From Octopus sinensis (taxonomy: Eukaryota), in the NCBI RefSeq assembly GCF_006345805.1, contig NC_043006.1:47802001-47866000 (forward strand): 64,000 bases of DNA. The letters are read 5' to 3'. Positions 13,925 through 26,352 of this stretch are shown piece by piece. Position 1 is the first letter of the stretch. Every line of letters begins with the position of its first letter. The notes under the pieces are model-generated. The model searched no databases and had not been told where the DNA came from. It worked only from the letters and a program-made list of their open reading frames with translations. A program made the translations under genes and the position numbers.

Positions 13925-14500
13925 TTTATAATTTTATTCATTTTGTTTCTGATGATGTTATTTGGCAGTATTATGAGGATTTTAAGTCAATGGTGATCCC
14001 AAATTACTTCATTGATAGATTTTATTATGGGAAGAATATTGCTTTTAAATATCTCAGAAAGTCTGAAAAATCCTGAACATTTCCTATCCTGTTAAAAATC
14101 TCACTATCATTATAAGATTATTGTGAAACAAGAAGTATGCAGAGAAATATTTTAATGTTTATTTGAAAACATGAATGACTCATAAAATAATCACATAATG
14201 ACATTCAGATTTAGCAACAGCATGGCTTTTCAAAAAATCAAATGGAAATCTATCTTAGTTTATAATTGAAGTAAAAGATTCGAAGTGTCACATGTTTGTA
14301 TTTCTTATTTCTTTAGTTAATTCACTTTTTATTGCGAGAATTTTATATATGTGCATATGGTTTAAAATATTTATTTTATTGTTGCTTCCAAGAACCGTGC
14401 TCTCACAATATAGATAATCAACCCATCAGTTAGAATTTCTAAAATGACAAAAAAATCTTACGTTGTGATTAGGATGAGCATTTGAAAATAGCCACTATGG

Positions 14501-14569
<69 letters not shown>

Positions 14570-15021
14570 CGTTCAGTCGAAGTCGACTCTCCGTTACTCG
14601 ATGGATCAGTGTTCTCCAGCCAGTTCTATCCTGGGTCGCTTCTTTCAGATTGGCGATGGCCATTCCCGTGTCATCTTGATGGTATCAAGCCAGCGGGTTC
14701 TTGGTCGGCCTCTTCCTCTCTTGCCACTGACCATTCCAAGCATGATGTCCTTTTCCAGGGATTTTCTCCTCATAATGTGACCAAAATATGCCAATCTATG
14801 TTTGGTGATCCTAGCTTCTAGCGACAGTTTCGGCCTGATCTGGTTAAGAACTTCTCCATTGGTGAACCTCCATTTTGTCACTTTATAATTTTATTCATTT
14901 TGTTTCTGACGATGTTATTTGGAAGTATTGAGAGGATTTTAAGTCAATGGTGATCCCAAATTACTTCATTGATAGATCTTATTATGGGAAGAATATTGCT
15001 TTTAAATATCTCAGAAAGTCT
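13925..15021. repeat. ~140-bp direct repeat pair (13925-14064 and 14882-15021)
   Basis: TTTATAATTTTATTCATTTTGTTTCTGA...AAATATCTCAGAAAGTCT occurs twice with a few mismatches. Confidence 0.9.
14501..14881 (-). mobile_element. RTE-clade LINE 3' fragment with (GATA)n tail
   Basis: Minus-strand peptide NGEVLNQI...RLAYFGHIMRRKSLEKDIMLGMVSGKRGRGRPRTRWLDTIK is typical of RTE/BovB C-termini; it is followed by a short 3' UTR and (GATA)n at 14501-14568. Confidence 0.9.
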
Positions 15022-15290
15022 CAAAAAGATCATTAGTTACCACTGTAGCTAACTAATGAATAATAGAAAGTCCATCGCACTGTATTATAAACCAGTATTT
15101 GAGAGCAAATTAAGCTATAAATTTGTAAGTTTCCATTCTCCCGAAGGAGATATACTTTTCATTCTTTGGAAAGAGAAGTATATTTGCTCGTTTATATGCG
15201 TTAATGGAAAGTAAGGTGTACCTACAAAACATGAAACAGCATATTTTTCTTATATAAGCATTCGTACTCTCAATTTTTTAAAATTTACAA

Positions 15291-15858
15291 CATGAGCATT
15301 GATTCTTATAAACTCAAAAACATTGCGTCAAACTTGGGAGGTCTGCTACAGAGACATTGAGCTTGCTTCACCAAGCGTACGGTGAAGAGGCAATGGGTCG
15401 TACGTTGTTTCGTGTGGTACAGGCGCTTCGAAAGCGGAGGGACGTCATTGGAAGATCATGGTCGATCTGTAAGATCTCCTACGAGTGTCACGCCCGAAAA
15501 TGTGGCATTGGGCATCGAGAATTTGTCCCCCTGAAATAGACAGCCAGTCGAGAGTTCTACCGCGACGGTTTGAAGTATTTGAGAGTTGCCCGCCAAAAAC
15601 AACCTCGTATTGGTTACGCACCCTATTCGCTTGATTTAGCACATGCAGCCTTCCATCTCTTCCCCAAGATGAAAAGAAGGCAACTCAAAGATTACCGTTT
15701 TAACACCGTTGTCGAGATCCTGAACCATTCGCAGAAGGTCCTCAACTCTCTTACAGAAAACGGCTTCCAGGCTGGATTGCAAAAGTGGCAGGAACGCAGG
15801 GTTCAATGTACTGCCGTGCAAAGTGACTATATCGAAGGAGATAATGTTAAAACTTAAG
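15291..15858 (+). pseudogene. Decayed, internally deleted mariner transposase
   Basis: SATETLSLLHQAYGEEAMGRT (N-terminal HTH), HREFVP, APYSLDLAHAAFHLFPKMK (YSPDLAP-like) and QKWQERRVQC...DYIEGD; several frameshifts. Confidence 0.9.
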
Positions 15859-15872
15859 TAAATAAGATTGAT

Positions 15873-16022
15873 TGTGTGGAAAGTAGCATGCTTACCAACC
15901 ACATGGTTCCGGGTTCAGTCCCACTGCGTAGCACCTTGGGCAAGTGTCTTCTACTATAGCCTCGAGCCGACCAAAGCCTTGTGAGTGGATTTGGTAGACG
16001 GAAACTGAAAGAAGCCCGTCGT

Positions 16023-16078
<56 letters not shown>

Positions 16079-16288
16079 ATAAGTTTGTGTCTCTGTGTTT
16101 GTCTCCCCAACATCGCTTGACAACCGATGGTGGTGTGTTTACGTTCCCTTAACTTAGTGGTTTGGTAAAAGAGAACCGATAGAATAAGTACTAGGTTTAC
16201 AAAGCATAAGTCCTGGGGTCGATTTGCTCGACTAAAGGCGGTTCTCTAGCATGACCGCAGTCAAATGACTGAAACAAGTAAAAGAGTA
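15873..16288 (+). mobile_element. SINE group 2, near full length
   Basis: Head, internal (TA)(TG)n and tail GCAGTCAAATGACTGAAACAAGTAAAAGAG are all present. Confidence 0.9.
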
Positions 16289-16449
16289 ACTACTCCCTGA
16301 GCTTTTTGATACCGTCTCGTATTTTGGTATTCTAGTACAATATATAATCAAAATGCATTTTGTAACATATCACGTGCTGCAAGCAACTCTCCTTAAAAAA
16401 GGAACAAATATCAAGGCATCTCTCTATAAAAATTATACAGTGTGAAATT

Positions 16450-16985
16450 AACAGCGGATTTGAAGCAACCCAGAGAAGATTCACAAAGAAGATCGTCTCT
16501 TTGCAACAGCTAGCTACTGGGAAAGGTTGAAACAGTTAAGACTCTACTCCCTGAAGAGAAGACGGGAGAGGTATGCAGTAATATCTGGAAGATCCTGGAA
16601 GGAATTGTGCCAAATTTTGGAATTGAAAGCTACACTAATGCCAGAACGGGACGACACTGCATAGTGCCAAATGTCCCAGCAATGCCATCACGCTTCAGGA
16701 CCAGTTACTGCAACAGCCTGGGTTTCAAGGACCCGCAGCTTTTTAATATTCTCCCAAAGAGTCTGAGGAACTTGCACAAAGTAGATGTAGGGGTTTTTAA
16801 ATCAAGGCTGGACCTATTCCTGTCGGGATCCTACCTCACGGTGAGAGGTCCAAATGAGGGTAGCTATGTCAACTCCACGCTTCACCAAGGGCCAACTATT
16901 AGAGGAGGCTCTTAGTAATAACAGAGTAGCAAAACGGCGGTGCATCAGCATGGCCACAGCTCTGAGCCGAAACGAGAGGTAAAAA
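16450..16985 (+). mobile_element. CR1-group LINE 3' fragment with 3' UTR
   Basis: Frameshifted peptide (Q)RRFTKKI..SYWERLKQLRLYSLKRRRERY..WKILEG..PQLFNILPKSLRN...FKSRLDLFL, characteristic of CR1/L2-group ORF2 C-termini. Confidence 0.85.
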
Positions 16986-17505
16986 ATATAAAGGCAATTG
17001 TTCAGACGACCTTATATCTATGTTTCTTATATACTAGGTCGATACAATTAAAGATTATATCCCGAAATTTCGAAATCAATTTACTGAACGTCAGTAGATT
17101 AATATGGTAATCAACAAACTAATATATCTTATCCATTATCGCTCACTTTTTCAAGTGAGGAATAATCGTTAAGATATATAATTAGAATATAATTAGAAAG
17201 TAATTAAAATAGTGAATATCTTAATACCAATAAGAGGATAAGAAATAATTTAAAATTATCGAATATAACACTGGGGATAAACTTGTACTGAAATGTAATA
17301 GATTACACTTACGCTAAAGATACATAAATACAATGAAATTACTCGGTCCTTATTCTAAATTATCGAACGATTTTATAGGTTGAATACCTTTGTAATTTCA
17401 TAGAGAGCAGATGCATAAACGTATAGCTGTCGATATGATTCTAAATACATTCACAGAAACACATACTCAGACATACACACACACACACGTATACACACAC
17501 GTATA

Positions 17506-17536
<31 letters not shown>

Positions 17537-17574
17537 GTATACACACACATACACACTCAATTTGTGTGGAGGTG

Positions 17575-18010
17575 ACTAGTCGATTACATCGACCCCTGTG
17601 TTTCACAGGTACTTAATTTATCGATCCCGAAAAGATAAAAGGTAAAGTTGACCTCGATGGAATTCGAACTCAGAATGTCGCAATGGGATGGACGGAATAC
17701 CGCTAAACATTTTACCCGGCGTGCTGAAAATTTTGCCAGCTTGCCGCCTTCAATGATAATAATAATGATGATTTCAAATTTTGGGACTAGGCCAGCAATT
17801 GTAAAGAAGTACAAGAGTCGATTACTTCGACCTGTATTCAATTGGTACTTATTTTATCGATTGCAGTATTCAACAGGTACTTAATACATCGATCCTGAAT
17901 AATGGAATGCAATGTCAATCTTGGCAGAATCGGAATTTGATTCAGAACGTAAAGACGGACGATATGATGCCAAAGCATTTTGTCCGGTGTGCTAACGATT
18001 ATGCCAGCTA
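17575..18010 (-). mobile_element. Two diverged group 3 (Nin-like) SINE copies
   Basis: GTCGATTACATCGACCCC...GAATTCGAACTCAGAA...TTGCCAGCTTGCCGCC at 17578-17748 and a more decayed copy at ~17800-18010. Confidence 0.75.
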
Positions 18011-18104
18011 ACGATCATTAGCAGTAATATATAAAAATATCTTATCCCGAGCCGATAATTTTTGTTATCATTAGTGATACACCTACAAATTTATTCATTG
18101 CATA

Positions 18105-18548
18105 GGCGTAGGCGTGGATGTGTGGTAAGTAGCATGGTTCCGGGTTCAGTCCCACTGTGTAGCATCTTGGGCAAGTGTCTTCTACTATAGCCTCGGGCCG
18201 ACCAAAGCCTTATGAGTAGATTTGGTAGACGGAAACTGAAAGAAGTCCGTCATATATATGCTTATTCTTTGTAAGCCTAGTACTTATTCTACCGGTATCT
18301 TTTGCCGAACCGCTAATTTGTCAAGCGATATTGGGGGACAAACACAGACACACAAACATATACACACACACATACATATATATACATATATACGATGAGC
18401 TTCTTTCAGGTTCCGTCCACCAAATTCACTCACAGGGCTCTGGTCGGCCCGTGGCTATAGTAGAAGACACTGGATCAAGGTGCCACGCAGTGGGACTGAA
18501 CCCGGATCTATGTGGTTCATAAGCAAGCTACTTACCAAACAGCCACTT
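18105..18548. mobile_element. Tail-to-tail inverted pair of group 2 SINE parts
   Basis: Plus-strand 5' half at 18105-18252 adjoins a minus-strand copy at ~18260-18548. Confidence 0.85.
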
Positions 18549-19139
18549 CTACGCTTTCTACATGCAGAAGATTTCCTACATTTGATATTTTCTAATATTC
18601 CCAGTACATCATGGAGGAGAGTTCTCCTTTTATCCTTCCGAGGTCGATCAGGTAAAGTACAAGCCAAGTACTGGGATGGATCGTATCAACAAACGCCCTA
18701 CCCGTTGAAATTGATGGTTTTCTGCCTAAATTAGAAACAATTATTGTTATTTTCAGTGAAACAATTTTGTATGCAGTTTCAAAAATTCAGTTTCTTTGTT
18801 TCTGGTTTAAAAAAAAAAAAAATTATATTTCTAGAAACTCAATTTTCCACGTGGATATATATACTTATGTGTATGTATGTCTGCGTGTATATATATATAT
18901 ATTTCTACGTATGCACAAATGCGTGCACATAAGTATTCTTATACACATATGCACACGCACACATGCATATGTCTGTGTGAGTATGGATGTATGTAAATGT
19001 GTGTTTGTGTGTGCATGTGTGCCTGTGTGTATGGTACGTGACATGTTGTCATCCATATCATACCGATTTGCATATTCAAAAGCATAACATTTCATATGAA
19101 AATATTTGCATAAACATATATATATGCATATATATATAT

Positions 19140-19186
<47 letters not shown>

Positions 19187-20360
19187 GGTTTTACATACAC
19201 ACATACTCATGCATATTATTTATGCACAGGATGAAAATGCGCAACACTTTGGGGGTTTAAATTTGATATGAGCTTGAAACTCGTCTCTTTCACGTATAAT
19301 CAAATAGGCATTTATAAATGCAGAACACTCATGTGAATGCATTATATTTACATACATATTATTCGCAATACACATGAACGTATGTGTGTTTTTGAGTGAG
19401 TGTATGTGTGTGTGTGTCTTATTTATGTATAACACATTGCAGTTTATCGGCGGTTATTTGCGTATGACATTAGTGTCACTTGCTGAATATCTGTTACATT
19501 TATAGAATATTTTTATCTCATAAGGCATGACATTTTAAATATCTGAATTGCGATAGTAATATATATGCATATGGCTTTCCCAAGGATATAACTACACAAA
19601 CTGCTCCATTTTGAAAACAAAATGTGTAGGTATAACGCGGGGTTGCTTATGTAAGTATATATGCATTTTTCCACATATATGTATTTATATATATATATAT
19701 TACCCCTTTTGTCTTTTGATAGACAGAAATCATATCGTGCCCTTCCATTGCAAATTTTGGCAAACGTTATAAATTGTCAAAGTGAATATTTTGATGCATG
19801 CTAATTTTCCTATTAATAATAATTTCGAAAGGAAATTCTAACATTATAAATTCTCCCCCGCCTTTTTATTAATCATCAAAAATAACTTATTATTTTACAA
19901 AGAATTGCAACTTATCCGTAAACTGTGAAAGCAGTAAATGCCTTGTGTGAGCCTTGCAGTCTACAACAGAGACAGATGCCATCATTTACAAAGACTTCAA
20001 AACAATTTGCACGGCAATTACTTTACCTCGGTTGCTGCAATGAAAACACCCGTTTGGCTGGGATAATTTTGCCCTAATATGCCCCCCCACCCCACCATTT
20101 TATAGTGGTAAAAGCCTCAAATATTACACTCCCACACATCGATTCTAACGCACTTATGTTCCAGGAAACATTATGTCTCATTAGCAGATGAGATAGCAAC
20201 GGCTGAAGTGTCATAAGTATTAGGACTCTGTCATCAGAGATGATAATGGGCTCAAACCACAATAAGAACAGCCTAGTCGTTGATACCTACTCACTAAAAG
20301 GTATCCAATGAAACAGTTTCCCGTCCTCTTAATTCTAAATTTCTATGATTATAGAATGTT

Positions 20361-20499
20361 CTTATAGTTTAACATACTCACCGGTAAAATTTCCATTTAT
20401 TTCCTATTTTTATTTTCCTGCAAGACGCAACGAAAATTTTAGGAAAATAAAAATAGGAAATAAGTGGAAATTTTACCGGTGTGTGTGTTAAATTATAAG
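20361..20499. repeat. Long inverted repeat (~59-bp arms, ~21-nt spacer)
   Basis: CTTATAGTTTAACATACTCACCGGTAAAATTTCCATTTATTTTCCTATTTTTATTTTCCT pairs with AGGAAAATAAAAATAGGAAATAAGTGGAAATTTTACCGGTGTGTGTGTTAAATTATAAG. Confidence 0.9.
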
Positions 20500-21348
20500 G
20501 CTCAAAAAGAAAATGACTCTCCCCAGACATAACAGAATATGCTTCAACATACGAACTCGTATAAAGAATCTTGCAAACCGGATCCAAAAACGAGAATGTT
20601 CTTATTTATAGCCTTTTAATCTTTATCGAGAAAGCCTAAAATATATGTTGTTTCCGCTGTGTGCATCGCATCTTATTTCCCCTCTTAACCGACTTATTCT
20701 TCCATTCCTAAGATAGTAAAATATGATGTAATGTGAATTTGGGGGCTACGTCTAGCAAATCATATAACAATGCAGATGTTCCACATTATAGCACAGGTCG
20801 ATAAACAAAGTATCAATAACGTGTTAGGGTCTACGCAGCAAGTTATACTAATACATTTCATTTTTAAAAAATCGATCTTGATATCTTAACATAGAGATCA
20901 ATAATCTACTATGCACACAAAAGACAGATCTAGTAAATTTCTGAAATGTCCTTATCATGGGTGGTTATTAGTGCGTTATTATCAGTGCTGACAACCGAGA
21001 AAGAAGCGACAACTGCGATGTTCATGCATTACAGAAGACATGGTAATGACATAATTGGAATAATGCAGCTACAAACAAGATCATAACGCATTAGAAGACT
21101 CCATTAGACAAGGTGTTAGTTTCTATGAACCTGTTACATAATGTAATTGAGTAAGAACATTCAAAAAGTAACTCAGAGAGAGAAAGAGAGAGAGAGAGGG
21201 GGAGAGAGAGGGAGAGGGAGGGAGTGGTTGTATAAGTTTCAGAGAGAGAGAAGTTTAGAGAAAGAAAACTGAATTGAATTAACCAAAAGTAATCAATGGT
21301 AATCAATGCAATTCTCAACCCTCAAAATTCAACTAACCAATGCATGGT

Positions 21349-21853
21349 TCTCTTTACTCTTTCACTTGTTTCAGACATGTGACCGTGGCCATGCTGGAGC
21401 GCCGCCTTTAGTCGAGCAAATCGACCCCAGGACTTATTCTTTGTAAGCCTACTACTTATTCTATCGGTCACTTTTGCCGAACCGCTAAGTTACAGGGACG
21501 TAAACACACCAGCAGCGGTTGTCAGCCGATGCTTGGGGTACAAACACAGACACACAAACATATACACATACAAATATATATATATATGTATTTACGTTTC
21601 CGTAACTTAGCGCTTCGGCATAAGTGACCGATATAATAAGTACTAGGCTTACAAAGAATAAGTCCTGGGGTTGATTTATATATATATATATATCCATATA
21701 TACGACGAGCTTCTTTCAGTTTCCGTCAACCAAATCCACTCACAAGGCTTTGGTCGACCCGAGGCTATAGTAGAAGACAGTTGCCCAAGGGACTGAACCC
21801 GGAACCGTGTGGTTGGTAAGCAAGCTACTTACCACACAGCCACTCCTACGCCT
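21349..21853 (-). mobile_element. SINE group 2, full length, with internal inverted duplication
   Basis: Full family match; 21592-21676 is an inverted copy of 21419-21503. Confidence 0.9.
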
Positions 21854-22291
21854 ATAAGTTTTAAAAATGAAGAAAAAATTCATTATCAGGTCCACTAAAA
21901 TTTACTTCCCAGGATAAAGAATTAAATATACTCAATTAAAGTACTCAGTATTAAGCCGATATTCACCATGTAGTCCAATAATATATATTTCACTTGAATT
22001 TGATTCGACTAGAAATCGATTCACAAGATATGCTTCGCAAATGATATACACATCACAATACACATTCCTTATAAAATAAATCAAGATTTAACACAGATAC
22101 TATTGCCGCTTCTGTCAATACCATTCGATCAGCTGGCAAGCAGAAACCGTAGACTAAATTCAGTTCGAAGTTGAAGAAAATTTAGATGTGGTATACCATA
22201 GATGTCAGTGGGAAAGTCATATTTATCATTACATCGTATCACATCGCCAAAAGACGAAAGAAATATTTTCATAATAGCAAAGGTCGCAATT

Positions 22292-22560
22292 AGGAAAATA
22301 TTTTACTTCGACAAGCTTTGAACTTAAGAGAAAGAGAGAGAAAAAGAGACAGACAGAGACAGAGACAGAGACAGACAGACAGACAGACAGACATACAGAC
22401 AGACACAGACAGAAACACTGAGAGACAGACAGACAGACACAGGCAGAGACACAGAGACAGACAGGCAGAGACACAGACAGATAGACAAACAGAGACAGGG
22501 AAATATTTTACTTCGACAAGCTTTGAGCATAAGAGAGAGAGGGGGGGGCAGAGAGAGCGT
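22292..22560. repeat. ~207-bp-period duplication: unique 30-mer plus (GA/GACA)n
   Basis: AAATATTTTACTTCGACAAGCTTTGA at ~22295 and 22501, each followed by TAAGAGA and an AG-rich microsatellite. Confidence 0.85.
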
Positions 22561-23025
22561 ATAGTCACTCAATCTTCCAACAATAACAGTCAGAATATCT
22601 TTGCTGTTACAGAGCACGATGGCCAAATTGAAAATGTAAGTTAGATTTAGATGTACACTTCGTGAGTGACGGACTGCTTACGTCTGGAAAGCTTAACTAA
22701 TCTACCCGATCGGAAGCTGCAGACAGTAGAGTAGAGAGACTGCTATACTAGAGGCCAAATGGATATTGTTTTCTTAGACCAGGTTGGTATTATCTCTATG
22801 ACAAAGGCAATTAACTATCAAATGACGCAGTCCTCCGAGCTGATACGGAACACAATGAGTTTAGGATTGCTGCCTGTTCTAAGTAGAAGTAATATTACAA
22901 AATTGATTACCGGTTCAGTAACATGCCGAATTAGGTTGAAATTCTCATGCGTATAACTTGTTAGAGATTGTACGCGGTTAAGCTTGTTGGTCGTTAATGT
23001 GTGTTTACCTAGTTTAACTCTGAGT

Positions 23026-23530
23026 GGATGCGCAATGGCCCAGTGGTTAGGGCAGCGGACTCGTGGTAGTAGGATCGCGGTTTCGAATCCCAGACCGGGC
23101 ATTGTGAGTGTTTATTGAGCCAAAACACCTAAAGCTCTACGTGGCTCCGGCAGGGGGTGGTGGTGAACCCTCCTGTACTCTTTCACCACAACTTTCTCTC
23201 AATCTTTCTTCCTGTTTCTGTTGTACCTGTATATCAAAAGGGCCAGCCTTGTCACACTGAATCTCCCCGTGAACTACGTTAAGGGTGCACGTGTCTGTGG
23301 AGTGCTCAGCCACTTGCACGTTAATAAATGAGCTGCGACGTCACTGGTGCCAAGCTGTATCGGCCTTTGTCTTTCCCTTGGATAACATAGGTGGTGTGGA
23401 GAGGGAGGCCGGTATGCATGGGCGACTGCTGGTCTTCCATAAACAACCTTGCCCAGACATTTGCCTGGGAGGGTAACTTTCTAGGTGCAAACCCATGATC
23501 ATTCATGACCAAATAGGGTCACAACAACAA
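23026..23530 (+). mobile_element. SINE group 1, head A joined to tail type 3, (CAA)n end
   Basis: Head as at 1221; 23330-23520 matches 54405-54597 (GGTGCCAAGCTGTATCGGCC...GGGTAACTTTCTAGGTGCAA). Confidence 0.9.
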
Positions 23531-23767
23531 CTCTTCGTTTTGAAGTAAAGGAGACTAGTTAGAAAATTTAGCTGCTGCTTTTGGTAAATCGAGCAAACAT
23601 TTAGCGACTCCTCCATATGTTCCCCGATTTATACATAGTGAAGATGACAACAGATTCTTTAAGATGCTAATCACCAAAGGTAATTGAGTCAGGATCCTAA
23701 GTTAATATAAGTCTGTGATTGAATAACTTTTGTTTGTCTGTTTACTTTAGCTTTAAGCTGTGTAGAG

Positions 23768-24004
23768 TTACTGAAAGAATAGGGCGGCAATATCGATGGC
23801 ACTCACAATCGTGCTCTTCGGGGCCTTAACTTTCTTTTGTCTTTCTTTAGGCTCTGTTATAAGAGCCGTTTCACTACTGCCTTCGTTCTCATACCAACCA
23901 TTCTCGTGAACCTCTTCTACCGTTTGTTCAGTGATTCCAGATTTTGCAGAGCCGGATTGCTGGTCCTGGGTCCATGTTACTTTCTCTGGACTTTGAACCG
24001 GCAT
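23768..24004 (-). CDS. Candidate first coding exon or small ORF (78 aa, MPVQSPEKVTW...SAIDIAALFFQ), product unknown
   Basis: Non-repetitive, GC-elevated and protein-like; upstream acceptor-like ATTTCAG (AG at 24082-24081), in-frame upstream TGA, and a weak donor CA/GTAACT at 23771. Confidence 0.4.
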   Translation of the reverse strand: MPVQSPEKVTWTQDQQSGSAKSGITEQTVEEVHENGWYENEGSSETALITEPKERQKKVKAPKSTIVSAIDIAALFFQ

Positions 24005-24451
24005 CAACGCAATTGATTGAATATATATGTATCGCGAAACCGAAGACACACTTATTCAATTGCCGAATGAAGAAGGTGTTCTGAAATATGAATGCCTCCC
24101 TCATGGACGCTGCATTTTTATTTAATATTGAAAAGAATTTACACGAAATGTAAATTATTATTTATAATAGTATTGCCCTTCAGGTTTTTACTACTCATAT
24201 TTAAATTTGCTTTCAAAACAAAACGTTTTGAGATTTAAATTTATGGGTTTTGCATTTGTTTTCATTAGAAGCGTAAGATAAGCATTTATAAATAGGAAGT
24301 CTGTAATTTAAACTAATTAAAGATATATGATTGCCTATCTATACGTGATAGATAGCATATGTTTGTACATATATATATATATTATATATATATATATATA
24401 TACACATATATACACACACACACATATATATACACATACATATATACACAC

Positions 24452-24483
<32 letters not shown>

Positions 24484-25645
24484 GTGTGTGAATATACTCA
24501 TATATATACTAGTTATTGTGTATATAGATATATGAGTATGTAGTTACTTTATTTTCTTTGCTTGCGTTCATGCGATGTGTGTCTAATCATATATTCACAT
24601 GAGCAGTCACCACACATGTACAATATAAACAAATACACATTAATAATCTCAGACTAGAAACACATAAATCAGGAATAAAATTGAACGCCTGTATTGATAT
24701 ATCAAAAATTGATTTCATTTCCATATGGCCATGTGTCTACTATCCATCATTAAAAGTACCCAAACATACAACATTCCAAGAAGAGTATGTGGAGCAATTT
24801 GATGCATTTCATATTATCTTATTTCGAATGTTTTTGCATTGAGATATGAGAAAAGCAGATGAGAAAAGCATTCATTTTACGAAAGGAAAAAAAAATGTGC
24901 GTTTATACAGGTATCTATATTGTCTTATAAACACGTGAATACGCCGACCTAAACTCCGGCTTTACTAGTATATGCGGTGTTATATGAATATATGTGTTTG
25001 TGTGTGATATATAAAACTGATGTGAAGAAGTTACATTGTTGGAAATTACCCAACTGCAAATATTTCCTTTCAACAATTGATATTATATAAAACATTCCAC
25101 TTATATTGAATATCAAGCAAGATTGAAATAATTACTAAAGGGTTTGCTTGCTTTTGCTACCGTGGTGTTCAACTGCCTCTATCAGATGTTACATTTTGAT
25201 GAGGGACTTCGCTTTAGTAGAGACCGAAGTCCATTCGAATACATTAATGGTATTGCAAGAGATAGAATATACTAAAGGTATAGATATCAATAACATATTA
25301 TAGTGAGGGGCTTCAAGAAGGAAAAATACCTATACGTTGTCACCAAGGTACATATCATTTCCATCTGGATGTAGCCCTCTCTCAACTACACTCAGTACCA
25401 TGCATTTGCAGTTGGTAATTTTGAGATTTGTCATACACAGCATATCTGCACTGTGCATTGGTAAAACTATTTTGGGAACATATATATATATATATATATA
25501 TATACAAACATATAAGTATATGTATTCACAAACACGTGTGTGTGTGTGTGTGTGTGTGCGTGCGTCTGTGTATGTGTCTGTCTGCCTGTCTGTCTGTCTG
25601 TCTGTCTAAACATATATGCACATATTTTATCCTATTTTAAAATTG

Positions 25646-25681
<36 letters not shown>

Positions 25682-25789
25682 CAACTGCTTAAATTATTTG
25701 TTAGGCATCAATCAATAATCTCGTTACCAAGTGTGACATGATGACTGACGGTCCCGTATACACAAGTACGAATACGCACACATATATTT

Positions 25790-26352
25790 TTCTTTTCTAC
25801 TTTAGGCACAAGGCCGGAAATTTTGGAAGAGTGGGCCAGTCGATTAGATCAACCCCAGTACGCAACTCGGTGGAATTTGAACTCAGAACGTAAAGGCAGA
25901 CAAAATACCTATTTCTTTACTACCCAGAAGGGGCTACACACAGAGAGAAAAAACAAGGACAGACAAACGGATTAAGTCGATTATATAGACCCCAGTGCGT
26001 AACTGGTACTTATTTAATCGACCCCGAAAGGGTGAAAGGCAAAATCGACCTCGGCCGAATTTGAACTCAGAACGTAGCGGCGGACGAAATACCACAAAGC
26101 ATTTCGCTCGGCGCGCTAACATTTCTTATTTCTTTATTGCCCACAAGGGGCTAAACATGGAGGGGACAAACAAGAACAGTCAAACGGGTTAAATCGATTA
26201 CAGTGCGTAATTGGTACTTGATTTATCGACCTCGAAAGGATGAAAGGCAAAGTCGACCTCGGCGGAATTTGAACTCAGAACTCAGAACGTAAAGACAGAC
26301 GAAATACCGCATTTCGCCCGGCGTGCTAAGGTTTCTGCCAGCTCGCCGCTTT
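25790..26352 (-). mobile_element. Group 3 SINE cluster: dimer (internal tail A, terminal tail B) plus an abutting monomer
   Basis: Junction AAAATACC/TATTTCTTTACTACCC at ~25902-25925; complete head TCTGCCAGCTCGCCGC at ~26334-26349. Confidence 0.85.

Noticed and set aside
22570-22641. Plus-strand exon ending at AAT/GTAAGT (similar donors at 9921 and 9956)
   Set aside because: No convincing acceptor or recognisable peptide; isolated GTAAGT is expected by chance in 64 kb.
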